Of a stretch of DNA of 64,000 nucleotides, positions 1-12,256 are shown piece after piece. Position numbers and translations under genes: made by a program. Under the pieces are notes generated by a model. The model had not been told where the DNA came from and did no database searches. It saw only the letters and a program-made list of their open reading frames with translations. Each line of letters opens with the position of its first letter. Position 1 is the first letter of the stretch. Location: the NCBI GenBank assembly GCA_036785375.1, contig JAWMAR010002507.1:1-64000 (forward strand). Direction: 5' to 3'. The stretch is from Leucoraja ocellata (Eukaryota).

Positions 1-254
1 GCCACTTGTGGAGGTAGGGCCAATGAAGTGCAGGGGTCACTGCTGATGTCCCTTGCCACTCTGGTCATTGTGCCGGACAAGGAGTCGGTGCCAGGTGTAT
101 GCAGGGTGTGGCCTGAGTGGGGTGGGGGTGGGGGGGATGGTGGGGGGGGGGGGGGAGAAGGAAGTGTGTGTGTGTGTGTGTGTCTTGTCACCCTCTCATG
201 GTGAAGCTGCCGGCCGTGGACTGACCTCCCCTCTCCTCCCTCTCCCCCCTGCAG

Positions 255-3200
255 GACCAACTCTGACTCTGCTCTGCACAACAGGCTCTGAACCCCAGTG
301 CACAGGATGCCTTCATGGAGGGGGCCAAACCTTCTCTCAACAAGACCGCCGTCACGGTGAGTTGACCACTGGTGGCCACGGGGCACTGACCCACAAGGGC
401 TCCCTGGATCTGGCACGTACTGCCCCGAGTGGGTCGATCAGCGGGCTGTCTACTGCTTTCGGGGCCAGGGACATCCATGGGGTCATTGATGTACTGGTGT
501 AGCCTAGATGGTTCCACTGACTTCCATTGGGTCTCTGCATCTCGTCTTGACACAGACAGGGGAGCACACAGTCACCAGTTGCCCCAGACACTGGCCACCG
601 AATGGTGAACGAGGTCTGAATGACCTGGACGATGACACATTGGCCTGGTTCGCCTCGATGGAGCTGCAGGTCTAAAAGACACACGACAGAAGAAGATGAT
701 CAGTGGGTAGAGCCACAGCCTCACAGCGCCAGGGACCTCGGTTCAATCCTGACCACGGATACTCTTGGTGCGGAGTTTGCACGTTTTCACTGTGACCTCG
801 TGGGTTTCCTCCGGGTGCTCCGGTTTCCTTGCACTTACCAAAGACGTTGGGTTTGTAGGTTAATTGGCTTCTAGAAATATCCCCTGGTGTGTCGGGGAAA
901 AGAGGGATAGCATACAACTGGTGTGAACGGGCGTTCAATGGTGAGAGTGCATTCGATGGGCCGAAGGGCCTGTTTCAACGCTGTGTCTCTTAATTAAACT
1001 AAACATTGAATGGAGAGAGAGTCAAGGTTCATGATCTCAGGGCAAGAGATGTCTGCGCTCAGCGGTAGAGTTGCTGCCTCACAGCGCCAGAGACCCAGGT
1101 TCGATCCTGACTACGGTTCGTACATTCTCCCCGTGATCTGCGTGGGTTTTCTTCGAGATCTTCAGTTTCCACACATTAACATCATCCTACACATGCCATG
1201 GACAATGTACATTCACACCAAGCCAATTAGCCTACAAACCTGTACGCCTTTGGAGTGTGGGGGGAAATGGAAGATCTCGAGAAAACCCGCGCAGGTCACG
1301 AGGAGAACGTGCAAACTCCGTATAGACAGCGCCCGTAGTCGGGATCGAACCTGGGTCTCCGGCGCTGTGAGGCAGCAACTCTACCGCTGCGCCACCGTGC
1401 CGACTGTTGAAATGTTCAAAGACTTTGCTGCACGCTGGGGTTTCCCCACATCACCAGCAGCCCGGAATATCCCTCGGTCATATGGGCTGGATGAGCGCCA
1501 AATAACTAACGGAACGATCCCACTTCTGACACCATGTTGAACGTGATCAAAACTCACACAGTGTGGATAGAATCCAAAGTCTTTTATCAGCAACTCTACA
1601 GAGGTAACTTCATCTCAGCATGTATAACTAGACTAAGAGCGAGAGAGAGAGCTCTCTCATAAGCCTGTGGGCAGAGCCACGGTATGAGTGATACTAATCT
1701 ACATGGGTGCAGTGAGATTGTCCACTGGTCTCTGGCCCACGACCCAGTCTGATTGTCTTCTCTTTGCTTCTACAGTGAACTATTACGATGAAATGGACAG
1801 TCTGGGAGGAAGGTGAGTTCTAGACGGCATGGTTTTGTCTCGAGCTTACCTGCAGGCTGAAGGTTTGTGAGCAATGTATGGGCCTCTACCATGAGGCCAG
1901 GAACCTCTGCTGTGGTGGGCTCCAGGTTCTGAGCTTACAGTAGCTGCTGCTGTGTAACCTGTGGACAAGCCGCTGGGCTCCAGGGACACGTGTTGGCTGC
2001 TCGAGTCCAGTGTCCTGAAAGGCTTCACCCAAGTCCATCCACATCGAGGGGGACAACCAGTGGAGCAGTCACCAAGCAATGCAGATGTGGGCAAACTGAA
2101 ATTCAGGTCGATGGCCTGTATTAACATAGACAATGGGTGCAGGAGGAGGCTGTTTGGCCCTTCGAGCCAGCACCGCCATTCATTGTGATCAAGGCTGATC
2201 GTCCCCTATCAATAACCCGTGCCTAGCCTTCTCCCCATATCCCTTGACTCCACCAGCCCCTAGAGCTCTATCTAACTCTCTCTTAAATCCACCCAGTGAC
2301 TTGGCCTCCACTGCCCTCGTTGCAGGGAATTCCACACATTCACAACACTGGGTGAAAAAGGTTTTCTCATTTCAGTTTTAAATGGCCTCCCCTTTATTCT
2401 TAGACAGTGGCCCCTGGTTCTGGACTCCCCAACATTGGGAACATTTTTCCTGCAACTAGCTTGTCCAGTCCTTTTATAATTTGATATGCTTCTATAAGAG
2501 TTCCTCTCATCCTTCTAAATTCCAGTGAATACAAGGCCAGTCTTTCCAATCTTTCTTCATATGACAGTCCTGCCATCTCGGGGATTAACCTCGTGAACCT
2601 ACGCTGCACTGCCTCAATAGCAAGGATGTCCTTCCTCAAATTAGGAGATCAAAACTGCACACAATACTCCAGATGTGGTCTCACCAGGGCCCTGTACAAC
2701 TGCGGGAGGGCCTCTTTACTCCTGTACTCAAATCCTCTCGTTATGAAGGATTGTTGGTAGATCACTGGGGATAGATGAGGATGGTCAGCATCTTTAACTT
2801 AGGTAGGGGATGGGACAGGGAAAGCAGGGGGACTGTTAGCTGAGGGACAGCCAAGTCACATTGAGGAGCCAAATTAAGTCTTCTGCAATGGTGGAAAATC
2901 TGTACTTCAGCAGAGAGACCTTCCTGTGTGTGGCGTGCACAGCCTAAAGTTGTAGGCCAACTTGATCTATTAGTTTGTGCATGTCTGGTTGATTGCATTA
3001 GTCGCAACAGGGTGGACCAGGTGAAGGTTGCAATCTCCCACCCCAGCAGAGATATGTGTTTAAGAAGGAACTACAGATGCTGGAAAATCAAAATTAGACA
3101 AAAATGCTAGAGAAACTCAGCGGGTGCAGCAGCATCTATGGAGCGAAGGAAATGGGCAACGTTTCGGGCCGAAACCCTTCTTCAGACCCAGCAGAGAGAT

Positions 3201-6200
3201 ATCTGGCTGTCTTGGTCATTTCAGCGATGACATGCCAGGTTCCCATGGTTAATTACATAAAGTACACTCTTGTAAATGACATAAAGTACAGGAGATGATT
3301 TATTATTGTGCTGCTGGTGCTCCCTGTAGACTTCTCAGACGTGAAACTCCCTTCCATCTTCATCGGAAGACAGCTCATCATGCCTTTTGGCAGAGACGTT
3401 TCCTATTAATCGATTCAGCAATCGATTAAATATTTCAGTAATCGATTTGATGCTCGATTATGAAATGTTCATGTTATCCTGATCATTTGGTTTTATTTTG
3501 TTTCGTTAAAAGGATTTTATTTATTTCCTACTCTTTTTTTTTTAATTTCTCCATCTTCATTGCATTATTAATAGATTACTGCTTTTTACTCAGTCTTTTC
3601 ATTCCCGGTCCCAACGGCAGAAGATAATCTCTTAAAGCTGAACAAACCTTTGCCAAAACAGCTGTGGGAAGCTAAGAAGGTGAGTGGCTTTAGCAAACAT
3701 CTCCGATGTTTGGTCTCATGCATCTTTCTTTTGGAACCCATGTTTCCCTGGTGAAGCCTCTCCATGTCATTCCCACCCCAGTGCTGGTTTCACAGTCTTT
3801 CACAAAGTAAATTGAGCTAAATGGAGGGGAGGGGGGTTGAGGCTGGGCTTTCAGTTTTAATTCCTCTGTTCAGGAGTACGTACTATATTGATCTGTAGGA
3901 AAAAACAGCAGATGTGTTGGAAGGAATTGCAGATGTTGGTTTATCCCGAAGATAGACACGAAATGCTGGAGCTGCTCAGCGGGACAGGCAGAATCTCTAA
4001 AGAAGGATCTCGACCCGAAACGTCGCCTGTTCCTTCTCTCCAGGGATGCTGCTGCCTGTCCTGCTGAGTTGCTCCAGCATTTTGTGTCTATCTCAGACTA
4101 TATGAAATGCCGATCTGGGCTCTTCCCTCCTTCCCACTTGCTTCGGAAGTTTTCCCACTCCGCATCTGCAGTTCCTTCCTACATATATTGAGAGAGGGTG
4201 GGGACAAGACTTGACTTGCTGCGGCCAGGGTCATTCTTTCTCTCAGACCCTCCCCCACGCTGACATTGGGTTGTCCGCTGTCTCATATAAAATGTAACGC
4301 TGGCCAAGTTCCACAGTGTTCAGAAACTGCGCATTTTAATCTTCTCCCCTTGCTCTGTCTTTCAGGTTCAATCTTTGTCATTGCGTCCCAAGTCCTGTGA
4401 AGTGCCCGGGATCAGGTGAGTGGATTTGCCACTTTGGGTTCTGCCTTCTCTCGTTTTTTTATATATAACAAAAATAAATTTAATCAATTATTGCGACAAT
4501 AATATAGACAACACAAAAAATCCCAAACAAATCCACCAGCATAATACAAAATCACCCAACTACTGTATCGGAACAAATATTCCTAAATGCTACACTGTTA
4601 AACAACTGTGTGGCAATCCTTGCCAAGGATACATTCCACCCCCTGCAGTGCCCAGCGATCCCGGATATCCCCTAGGGCGCATGTGGACAGTACGTAGTCC
4701 CTCTCTAACACCACCCGGGCACAGATACAACCCCGGGCAAGGGGCAGGCAGCCGGCTCGGATGGCCAGCTTGACCAGGCCAAAGATTGCACTGTCTTGTA
4801 GTGTACTCTGATCAAATCCTTGACCACTTGATGATCATTGGGAAATTGCCTCTACAGATGGTTTAGTAGGGATGACGGTCTTTCCATGTGGTTTTGACGG
4901 TGCTGGTCCCCTCTCCCCCCCGCCCCACATATCTCTCCACCTCCACTGACGGGGTGTAGTATATTCCCTGCCCCACCTCACGCTGCCTAGGCAAGGCCAG
5001 CCATAATCAAGGACCAGTCTCACCCCGGTAGTCCAGCATCTCTGGAGAGAAGGAATGGGTGACGTTTCGGGTCGAGACCCTTCTTCAGACTGAAAGTCAC
5101 TCCAGAGATACAGCCTGACCCGCTGAGTTACTCCAGCATGTTGTGTCTATCTTGGGTTTAAACCAGCATCTGCAGTTCCTTCCTACTCACATCTCGGACA
5201 CTTGTGGACGTGGCAATGTGGTGTTGAACTCAAGGTTGTGTTTTTGTTTCTCGGTCCCAGTATCTACCCGTCCCAGGACCAGAACGCCGGCTTGTCCCAT
5301 TTCCAGGGTTCGTTGAACACAGGTGGCTCACTGCCCGACCTCACCAACCTACACTTCCCATCGCCTCTGCCCACCCCGTTGGATCCCGAGGACAACCCGT
5401 ACCCCAACATCAGCGGAGGCAGCAGCACCAGCAACCTGGCAGCCACCATGACACATCTGGGCATCAGCAGCTCTCAAGGTGAGAGGAAACATCCAGCTGT
5501 GGCTCCCGGTTCATGGGCCCTGCTCCAGTGAACCATGGTGTCGGGGACACCTTGTTGTAGACGAGTGGGTGAACACTATTGTCCACTGGTGGCCCCTCCA
5601 CCTCCTCCTGGTATTCTAGTTCCTTGACCGGGGCTTTGACCAGCTGCTCGCCGTGGGTCAGTGTTGCCCTTTGTCTGCCAACCATGCGGTTTCTCAGCGT
5701 TGGGTCATGTGATTTTGAACGTGATTATTCAACGTGATTATTGAACACGCCAACATTAAACGTGAACATTGCATGTGCAGGAAGGAACTGCAGATGCTGG
5801 TGTACACCGAAGATAGACACAAAGTGCTGGAGTAACTCAGTGGGACAGGCAGCATCTCTGTTCAATGTTGACATGTTCATCTAGAGACGCTGCCTGTCCC
5901 GGCATCTTCGGTGTAAACAATGAATAAGCAAAGATGCTGCCTCGTTCGTCCACTGAGTTATTCCAGCTCTTTGTGTTGGTTTTTGTAAACCAGTATCAGC
6001 AGTTCCCATTGTGTATGTGTGAGTGTTGAAGGCGTGAATGTTGAAGGCAACATGTTGAGTCCATGTTCTGAAGAAGGGTCTCGACCCGAAACATTGCCAG
6101 TTCCTTCTCACCATTGATGCAGCCTCACCTACTGAGTTTCTCCAGCATTTTTTGTCCACCTTTGATTTTTTTCCAGCATCTGCAGATCTTTCTTAAACAT

Positions 6201-9200
6201 GTGGAGCGCATGTTGTTTTCCCCGTCGCACTAAGCTGATGATTAAATCGGTTGTGTGTCTGTTTGTTCCTGCCCAGGTCTGTCATCCTCCTTGCACAGCT
6301 CGCTGAGTAACCCATCCATACAAGCCTCGCTCACCAACTCCATGGTGCCCTCTCCACTGAGCAACCACTCCCTCAGCAACCCACCGATGCAATCGTCTCT
6401 GCGATCATCGCTCAGCAACCCGTCCATCCCCACCGCCTTGAACAGCTCGCCACGCCGTCGCCAGACCCCGGTCAGTCCGCTGACCCTCTCGCCGGGCATG
6501 GAGCCTCGCAGGTCACTGAGCAAACAGTTCTCGCCAACCATGTCGCCAACACTGTCTTCAATCGCACAGGTGAGTCTCCTCTCCCGTCACAGTCGGCTTG
6601 GCTGTGCACCGCAGCTCAGTTTATTGTCACGTGTGTAGTGTGTGTGTAGATCCAGGACAAGGGGTCACAGCTTAAAGATAAGGGGGAAATCCTTTAAAAC
6701 CGAGATGAGAAGAACTTTTTTCACGCAGAGAGTGGTGAATCTCTGGAACTCTCTGCCACAGAGGGTAGTTGAGGCCAGTTCATTGGCTATATTTAAGAGG
6801 GAGTTAGATGTGGCCCTTGTGGCTAAGGGGATCAGGGGGTATGGAGAGAAGGCAGGTACGGGATACTGAGTTGGATGATCAGCCGTGATCATATTGAATG
6901 GCGGTGCAGGCTCGAAGGGCCGAATGGCCTACTCCTGCACCTAATTTCTATGTTAGTGAGCCTTTGTTGTGTGCTAACCAGTCAGCGGAAAGACAGTACA
7001 TCAATACATTTACAGTGCGTAGATACATGGTAAGGGAATAACGTTTAGTGCAAGATAAAGTCCATTTACAGATAGTCTGAGGGTCACCATTGAGGTAGAT
7101 AGCAGTTCACGATTGGTCTCTGGTTGTGTTAGGATGGTTCATTTGCCCGATAACAGCTGGGAAGAAACTCTATTTTTCGGCGAGTGCCGGCGTCATTGAC
7201 TGACATATCAGGGTGGCCGAAAGATTTTGAACATTTCAAAATCCAGCGGCAACGAAACAAAATGTTGCGACACTTGAGGAGTTACCGCGCGTCGATCCGT
7301 CGTCACGCCGCGACTTTTGCGGTTACCTGATACGTCGGTCAATGATGCCGGCAGTCGCTGAAAAAATCTCCAAGTGGGACAGGCCCTTCCCTGAATCTGG
7401 AGGTGTGTGTTTTCACACTTGTGCACCTTTTGCCCGATGGAGGCGTGTACCTGTAAAGCTGCAACTCTTCCTCTACACAACCCCTGACTTAATGAATCCG
7501 AGTTCGGGTTGAGTTTATCGTCACATGTATCGAGGTACAGTGAAAAATCTCACACTTTCATTAGATTAGTACGGGCGTCAATGGCTACAGGGAGAATGGG
7601 ATTGAGTGGGAAAAATAGATCAGCTGTGATCGAATGGTGGAGCAGACTCGATGGGCTGAATGGCCTAATTCTGCTCCTATATCTTATGATCTTGCAGTCT
7701 CCTCAGTTGCTGCCCTGCTGGTTGGCGATGGGGCAGAAGATGAGGGAGAGTGTTCTCTGGGCAGTGGGCTGGAAGGGGGAGAATCCACCCGGTCGGTCTA
7801 ACCCTGGTCTTTGGTCTTGCAGGGAGTGGCCTTGGACACCAGCAGCATGGCGATGGAACACCTGCCACCTTACCCGATCTACCAGCACCTCCAGCAGCCC
7901 CAGCACTTGATGCACCAGACTCAGCAAGCACTGCTCCAATCACCAATCTCCACTATCCATCCACTCTCTCAGCCTCTGCCACTCGAGCTGCCCTCCCCCT
8001 GTGTAAGTCTCCAGATGTTTAAACATGCTACACATCTGTATTTATCCCTTTATTTATTTATTTAGTATTATTTATTTCGAACAGAATAAAAGAATAAAAA
8101 GCAAGTGTGAAACAGCAAACAAAAAAACAAAACAAGAATATTTATAGTGTCATAAACATTATCAATCAATAAATTAAATCATATGTGTCCGAAAAGGAGC
8201 AGGAAGAAGCCAAAGCTTATTCATTCCCACCCCTTATTCAACTGCTTGTAATTATCTTATACAAATGTAGCAGCTATATGTACACCATATGTACACCAGC
8301 CACTATATGTACATCACATTATTTACAGTTGAACATTAAATCAAATATTTACAAAGCCATACAAAAAAAGAAAAACAGAAAAAGAAAAGAAAAAAACCCT
8401 CATATACTATACAGTATCTTAGTCATATATACAACCCATCACTCTATATCTCATGTTTATGTTTTGGAGATATAGCATGGAAACAGGCCCTTCGGCCCAT
8501 CAAGTCCTCTATAAAAGGACAGAAGGGAGTAGGAGCAATTAAGTTGGTCTGCATGCATTTGGTCCATATCCCTCCAAACCTGCCCGATCCATGTAAACCA
8601 GTTCCTATCCACATTGAAACATACTGAATAGTGAAAGGCTTGGATAGAGTGGATGTGGAGAGGATGTTTCCTTTAGGAAGGAGATGAGGAGGAATTTCTT
8701 TAGTCAGAGTGTGGTGAATCGGTGAAATTCTTTGCCACAGACGGCTGTGGAGGCCACAAGTCAGTGGATATTTTTAAGGCAGAGATAGATGGATTCTTGA
8801 TTAGTGCGGGTGTCAGGGATTATGGGGAGAAGGCAGGAGAATGGGGTTAGGAGTCAAGTCAAGTCACTTTTATTCATATAGCACATTTAAAAAACAACTC
8901 TCGTTGGACAAAGTGCTTTACATTTGTATAAGAACAGTATAACAAACAACAGTGATTCATAGATTAAATACAAACATCACTACATACATATAGCCCTCGC
9001 TCAGAGGATGTCAAGAAAGGCTTGGGAGTAGAGATGAGTTTTAAGCCTCCACTTAAAGGAGGGAGAGATAGATCAGCTATGATTGAATGGTGGATTAGAC
9101 TTGATGGGCCGAATGACCTAATTCTGCTTCTATCACAAGACCTTATGGCCATGTACTCCGGGCGTTTGTGTGTCCTCTCTCACCCTGTGTGTTCTCTTTG

Positions 9201-12200
9201 ACAGAACGACATCGTGGATAATTTCTTCAACGACCCGTACTTTGAGCAGCAGTTACTGGCCAGTCAGTCCAAGCCTCTGTGCCAGCAGGTAAAGGAGTTT
9301 GCCATCGGCAGGCCTGTGGACTACCACAGTTGTGTAGGGATAGCAGAGAATGACCGGGTAGTGGTCAACTGGTTATTGTCCACCCTGGTGTCCTTGCTGA
9401 TCACAGTGTGACGTGGTCTTCATCCTCACCTGTAGAGTCTAAGTCTTGTGTTGACGTCAGCCCATCTGTTACCTGCGTTACCTTGCACACCTTGTGGCTT
9501 GGAACATGTCTCCCCCTTAGCAACCCCCGTATCCCCCTCACCTGTCACCCCTCACCTGTCCCCATCATCCCCCCCCCCCCACACACCTGGCCCCCTCACC
9601 TGCCACCCCTCACCTGTCCCCATCATCTCCCCCCCACTCACCTGTCCCCCTCACCCCCCCCCCCACTCACCTGTCCCCCTCAGCGTAATAGACTAGATGG
9701 GCCGAATGGCCTAATTCTGCGTGTCTATATCACATGACCTTATGACCCTGGAAATGGAGCCTGACTGGGATAATCCTCCATGAAGAGTCAATTCTTTAAT
9801 TGTAAATACCGACAAGGGAACAATTAAAATCTTACTGGTTGCTGGGAAGAAGCTGTTCTTGAACCTGGAGGTCACGGTTTTCAGGCCTCTGCTTGAGTTT
9901 AGTTTTGGTTTCAGTTTAGTTTATTGTCATATGTATCGAGGTACAGTGAAAAGCTTTTGTTGCATGCTAACCAGTGTGCAGAAAGACAACCACTTGTTCT
10001 TAGCCCCCCCCCCCCCCCTCGTTCGTGGCTGAGTCTCCAGGGTGCTATTCTCTATATAGAGGACACCAGTGCGTGACTGTTTAACGTGGGGAGACTGGTG
10101 CACAGACGGCCACCACACGGTCCTTGACAGATCTGGGTCAGGATCCAGTGGCATGGAGTCCAAGACCACCTTGGTTGGGCACCAACCTGGAAGTTCTGAA
10201 TCTTCTTCCCGATGGTTGGAGTGAGATGAGACGGGTGTATCTCCAAGATTTGCTAATGTCAACAGTGGTTGGTGCTTCAAGTCGGGATTTATCCAGTAAT
10301 TGGATGAACGACCCACTATATTCAGACTGATCCAAGCATTAGAACCATCTCATCCACCATCTCCTCGCACTGCTACCATCGGGAAGAAAAATCAGGAGCC
10401 TGAGAACCGTGACAATAGACAATAGGTGCAGGAGTGGACCATTCGGCCCTTCGAGCTAGCACCGCCATTCAATGTGAGCTCCTTGATCTCCATTGCCGGC
10501 TCCAGGCCCGTCCCTCACACCCCACCCGCTCCCCTCCACTGTAGAACACCATATGCTGGAGTAACTCAGCGGGTCAGGCAGCATCGTTCTGTCGGCACCC
10601 TATACCTGGAGACTCGTTGCATAATTTGTGTATAGTATTGTGTACAATACAAAGAATTTCACCGTGACGTGTCTCATTTGATAATAAAGTATCAATCAGG
10701 AGATGGGCAGGTGACATTGCAGCTCTGGGGAAAGTCACAAGCCTACCCCAATCAGTCCAAAACGTCACCTGCCCATTCCCTCCACAGACGCTGCCTGACC
10801 AGCTGAGTTACTCCAACACTCGGTGTTTTGTTTCCAGACTCCAGAGCCTGCAGTCTCTTGCCCTCCACAGTAGTGTTGTTGCTCAAGGTTGTTCTGTTCC
10901 TCTCCCCCCCCCCCCAGCTGAACCAGTTCAACGTGTTGGAGCGGCCGTCTAGCTCCCTGCCGATGAGCGGGAGCAACTTCTACAACCTGGGCTCCAGCCT
11001 TCACTTCTCACAGGCAGCCTTGCTGGGTCTGAGCGGGAGCTACGGCAGCCTCCAGGATCCACTGCCACAGCTGAAACCCAACCAGTTCTACTCCACCTGC
11101 ACCGGCAACATCCCCAACATCATCCTGACAGGTGAGCAGTCCCAGGTGTGACAGGTGAGGGAGGGGAGGCTCACGCTGACTGTGGGGAGGTGAAGTCTTG
11201 GTGGGAGGATGCTCAGGAAGCACAAATATGCCAAGGACTGCCCTTTCACCCTGACTGAGGTCAGGGGTGATCCAAGAATGACCGACCGGGTGTCCTTAAG
11301 AACTTGGGGTCGGGGCAGCGCAGCAGGTAGAGCTGCTGCCTCACAGCACCAGAGACCAGGGTCTTCTTATTGTCCCAGTCTCAGACCCGGAGTCCTGTCA
11401 GTACTGGGTGGGTGATTCATGGTGAGGGGGCTGCTGGTAACATTTGCCAAACTCTCAATCCTTTATCTGTCTCCTTGTAGGTACCTCCTTCTCCTTAAAT
11501 GTCAAAGCAGCAGTGGGGTAAAGTGTAAAGGAGGTCTGTGGGGCAAGTTTCTTTTTATACACAGAAACATAGAAATATAGAAATTAGGTGCAGGAGTAGG
11601 CCATTCGGCCCTTCGAGCCTGCACCGCCATTCAATATGATCATGGCTGATCATCCAACTCAGTATCCCGTACCTGCCTTCTCTCCATACCCCCTGATCCC
11701 CTTAGCCACAAGGGCCACATCTAACTCCCTCTTAAATATAGCCAATGAACTAGCCTCAACTACCCTCTGTGGCAGAGAGTTCCAGAGATTCAACACTCTC
11801 TGTGTGAAAAAAGTTCTTCTCATCTCGGTTTTAAAGGATTTCCCCCTTATCCTTATGCTGTGACCCCTTGTCCTGGAGCTGGAGAAGGTAGGCTAAAGGT
11901 AGGCTAAGGCTAACCTAAGATAAGCTAATCGAAAACTAGGCCCAGGTAAACTCTTCAGGGAGGTAAGGGACCATCAGGACAGGACAGGATGAGGGTAGAG
12001 GTGTGAATTACCGATAGTCACCTCATTCTGCGCCCATTCCTCCCCAGGTGACTCGCCCCCCAGCCTGTCCAAGGACATCAGCAGCGCGCTGGCTGGAGTC
12101 ACGGACACCACCTTCGACACGGACACACAGTTCCAACTGGACGATGATCTGAAGATGGAGCCGCTGAGCCTGGACGGCCTGAGCATGCTGAGTGACCCGG

Positions 12201-12256
12201 ACCTGGTGCTGACTGACCCCTCCATCGAAGACACATTCAGGACTGACCGCATGTAA
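255..12256 (+). CDS. CRTC3: CREB-regulated transcription coactivator 3, 3' portion (10 exons; 5' exons lie upstream of the window)
   Basis: AG/GT-bounded exons 255-356, 1776-1812, 3594-3679, 4366-4415, 5261-5478, 6277-6569, 7823-8002, 9205-9288, 10918-11131, 12048-12256 (TAA). They encode [21 protein letters not shown] (CRTC3-type), [29 protein letters not shown] and C-terminal [25 protein letters not shown]. Phases are consistent from 3594 onward; the first two exons carry apparent indels. Confidence 0.9.
700..1402. mobile_element. Cluster of three SINE copies (two +, one -)
   Basis: SINE head and body at ~700-1000 (+), 1055-1170 (+) and 1195-1402 (-). Confidence 0.8.
2126..2748 (-). mobile_element. 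CR1-clade LINE (HER1-like) 3' fragment
   Basis: [37 protein letters not shown]2 C-terminus plus conserved 3' tail. Confidence 0.9.
4455..5020 (-). mobile_element. Degenerate non-LTR retrotransposon 3' end (L1/Tx1-like)
   Basis: T-rich tail with TTTAT-type signal followed by GC-richer coding-like sequence; similar architecture at ~60110-60560. Clade assignment is by resemblance only. Confidence 0.4.
5059..5090 (-). ncRNA. Minimal hammerhead-ribozyme-like core in a Penelope-type repeat
   Basis: Minus strand GT-CTGAAGA-A-GGGTC-TC-GACCC-GAAAC-GTC-AC. Confidence 0.55.
6651..6952 (+). mobile_element. CR1-clade LINE 3' fragment
   Basis: [35 protein letters not shown] plus tail GGCCGAATGGCCTACTCCTGCACCTA. 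Confidence 0.92.
11565..11876 (-). mobile_element. CR1-clade LINE 3' fragment, near-identical inverted partner of 6651-6952
   Basis: Reverse complement matches 6651-6952 with only a few substitutions. Confidence 0.92.
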
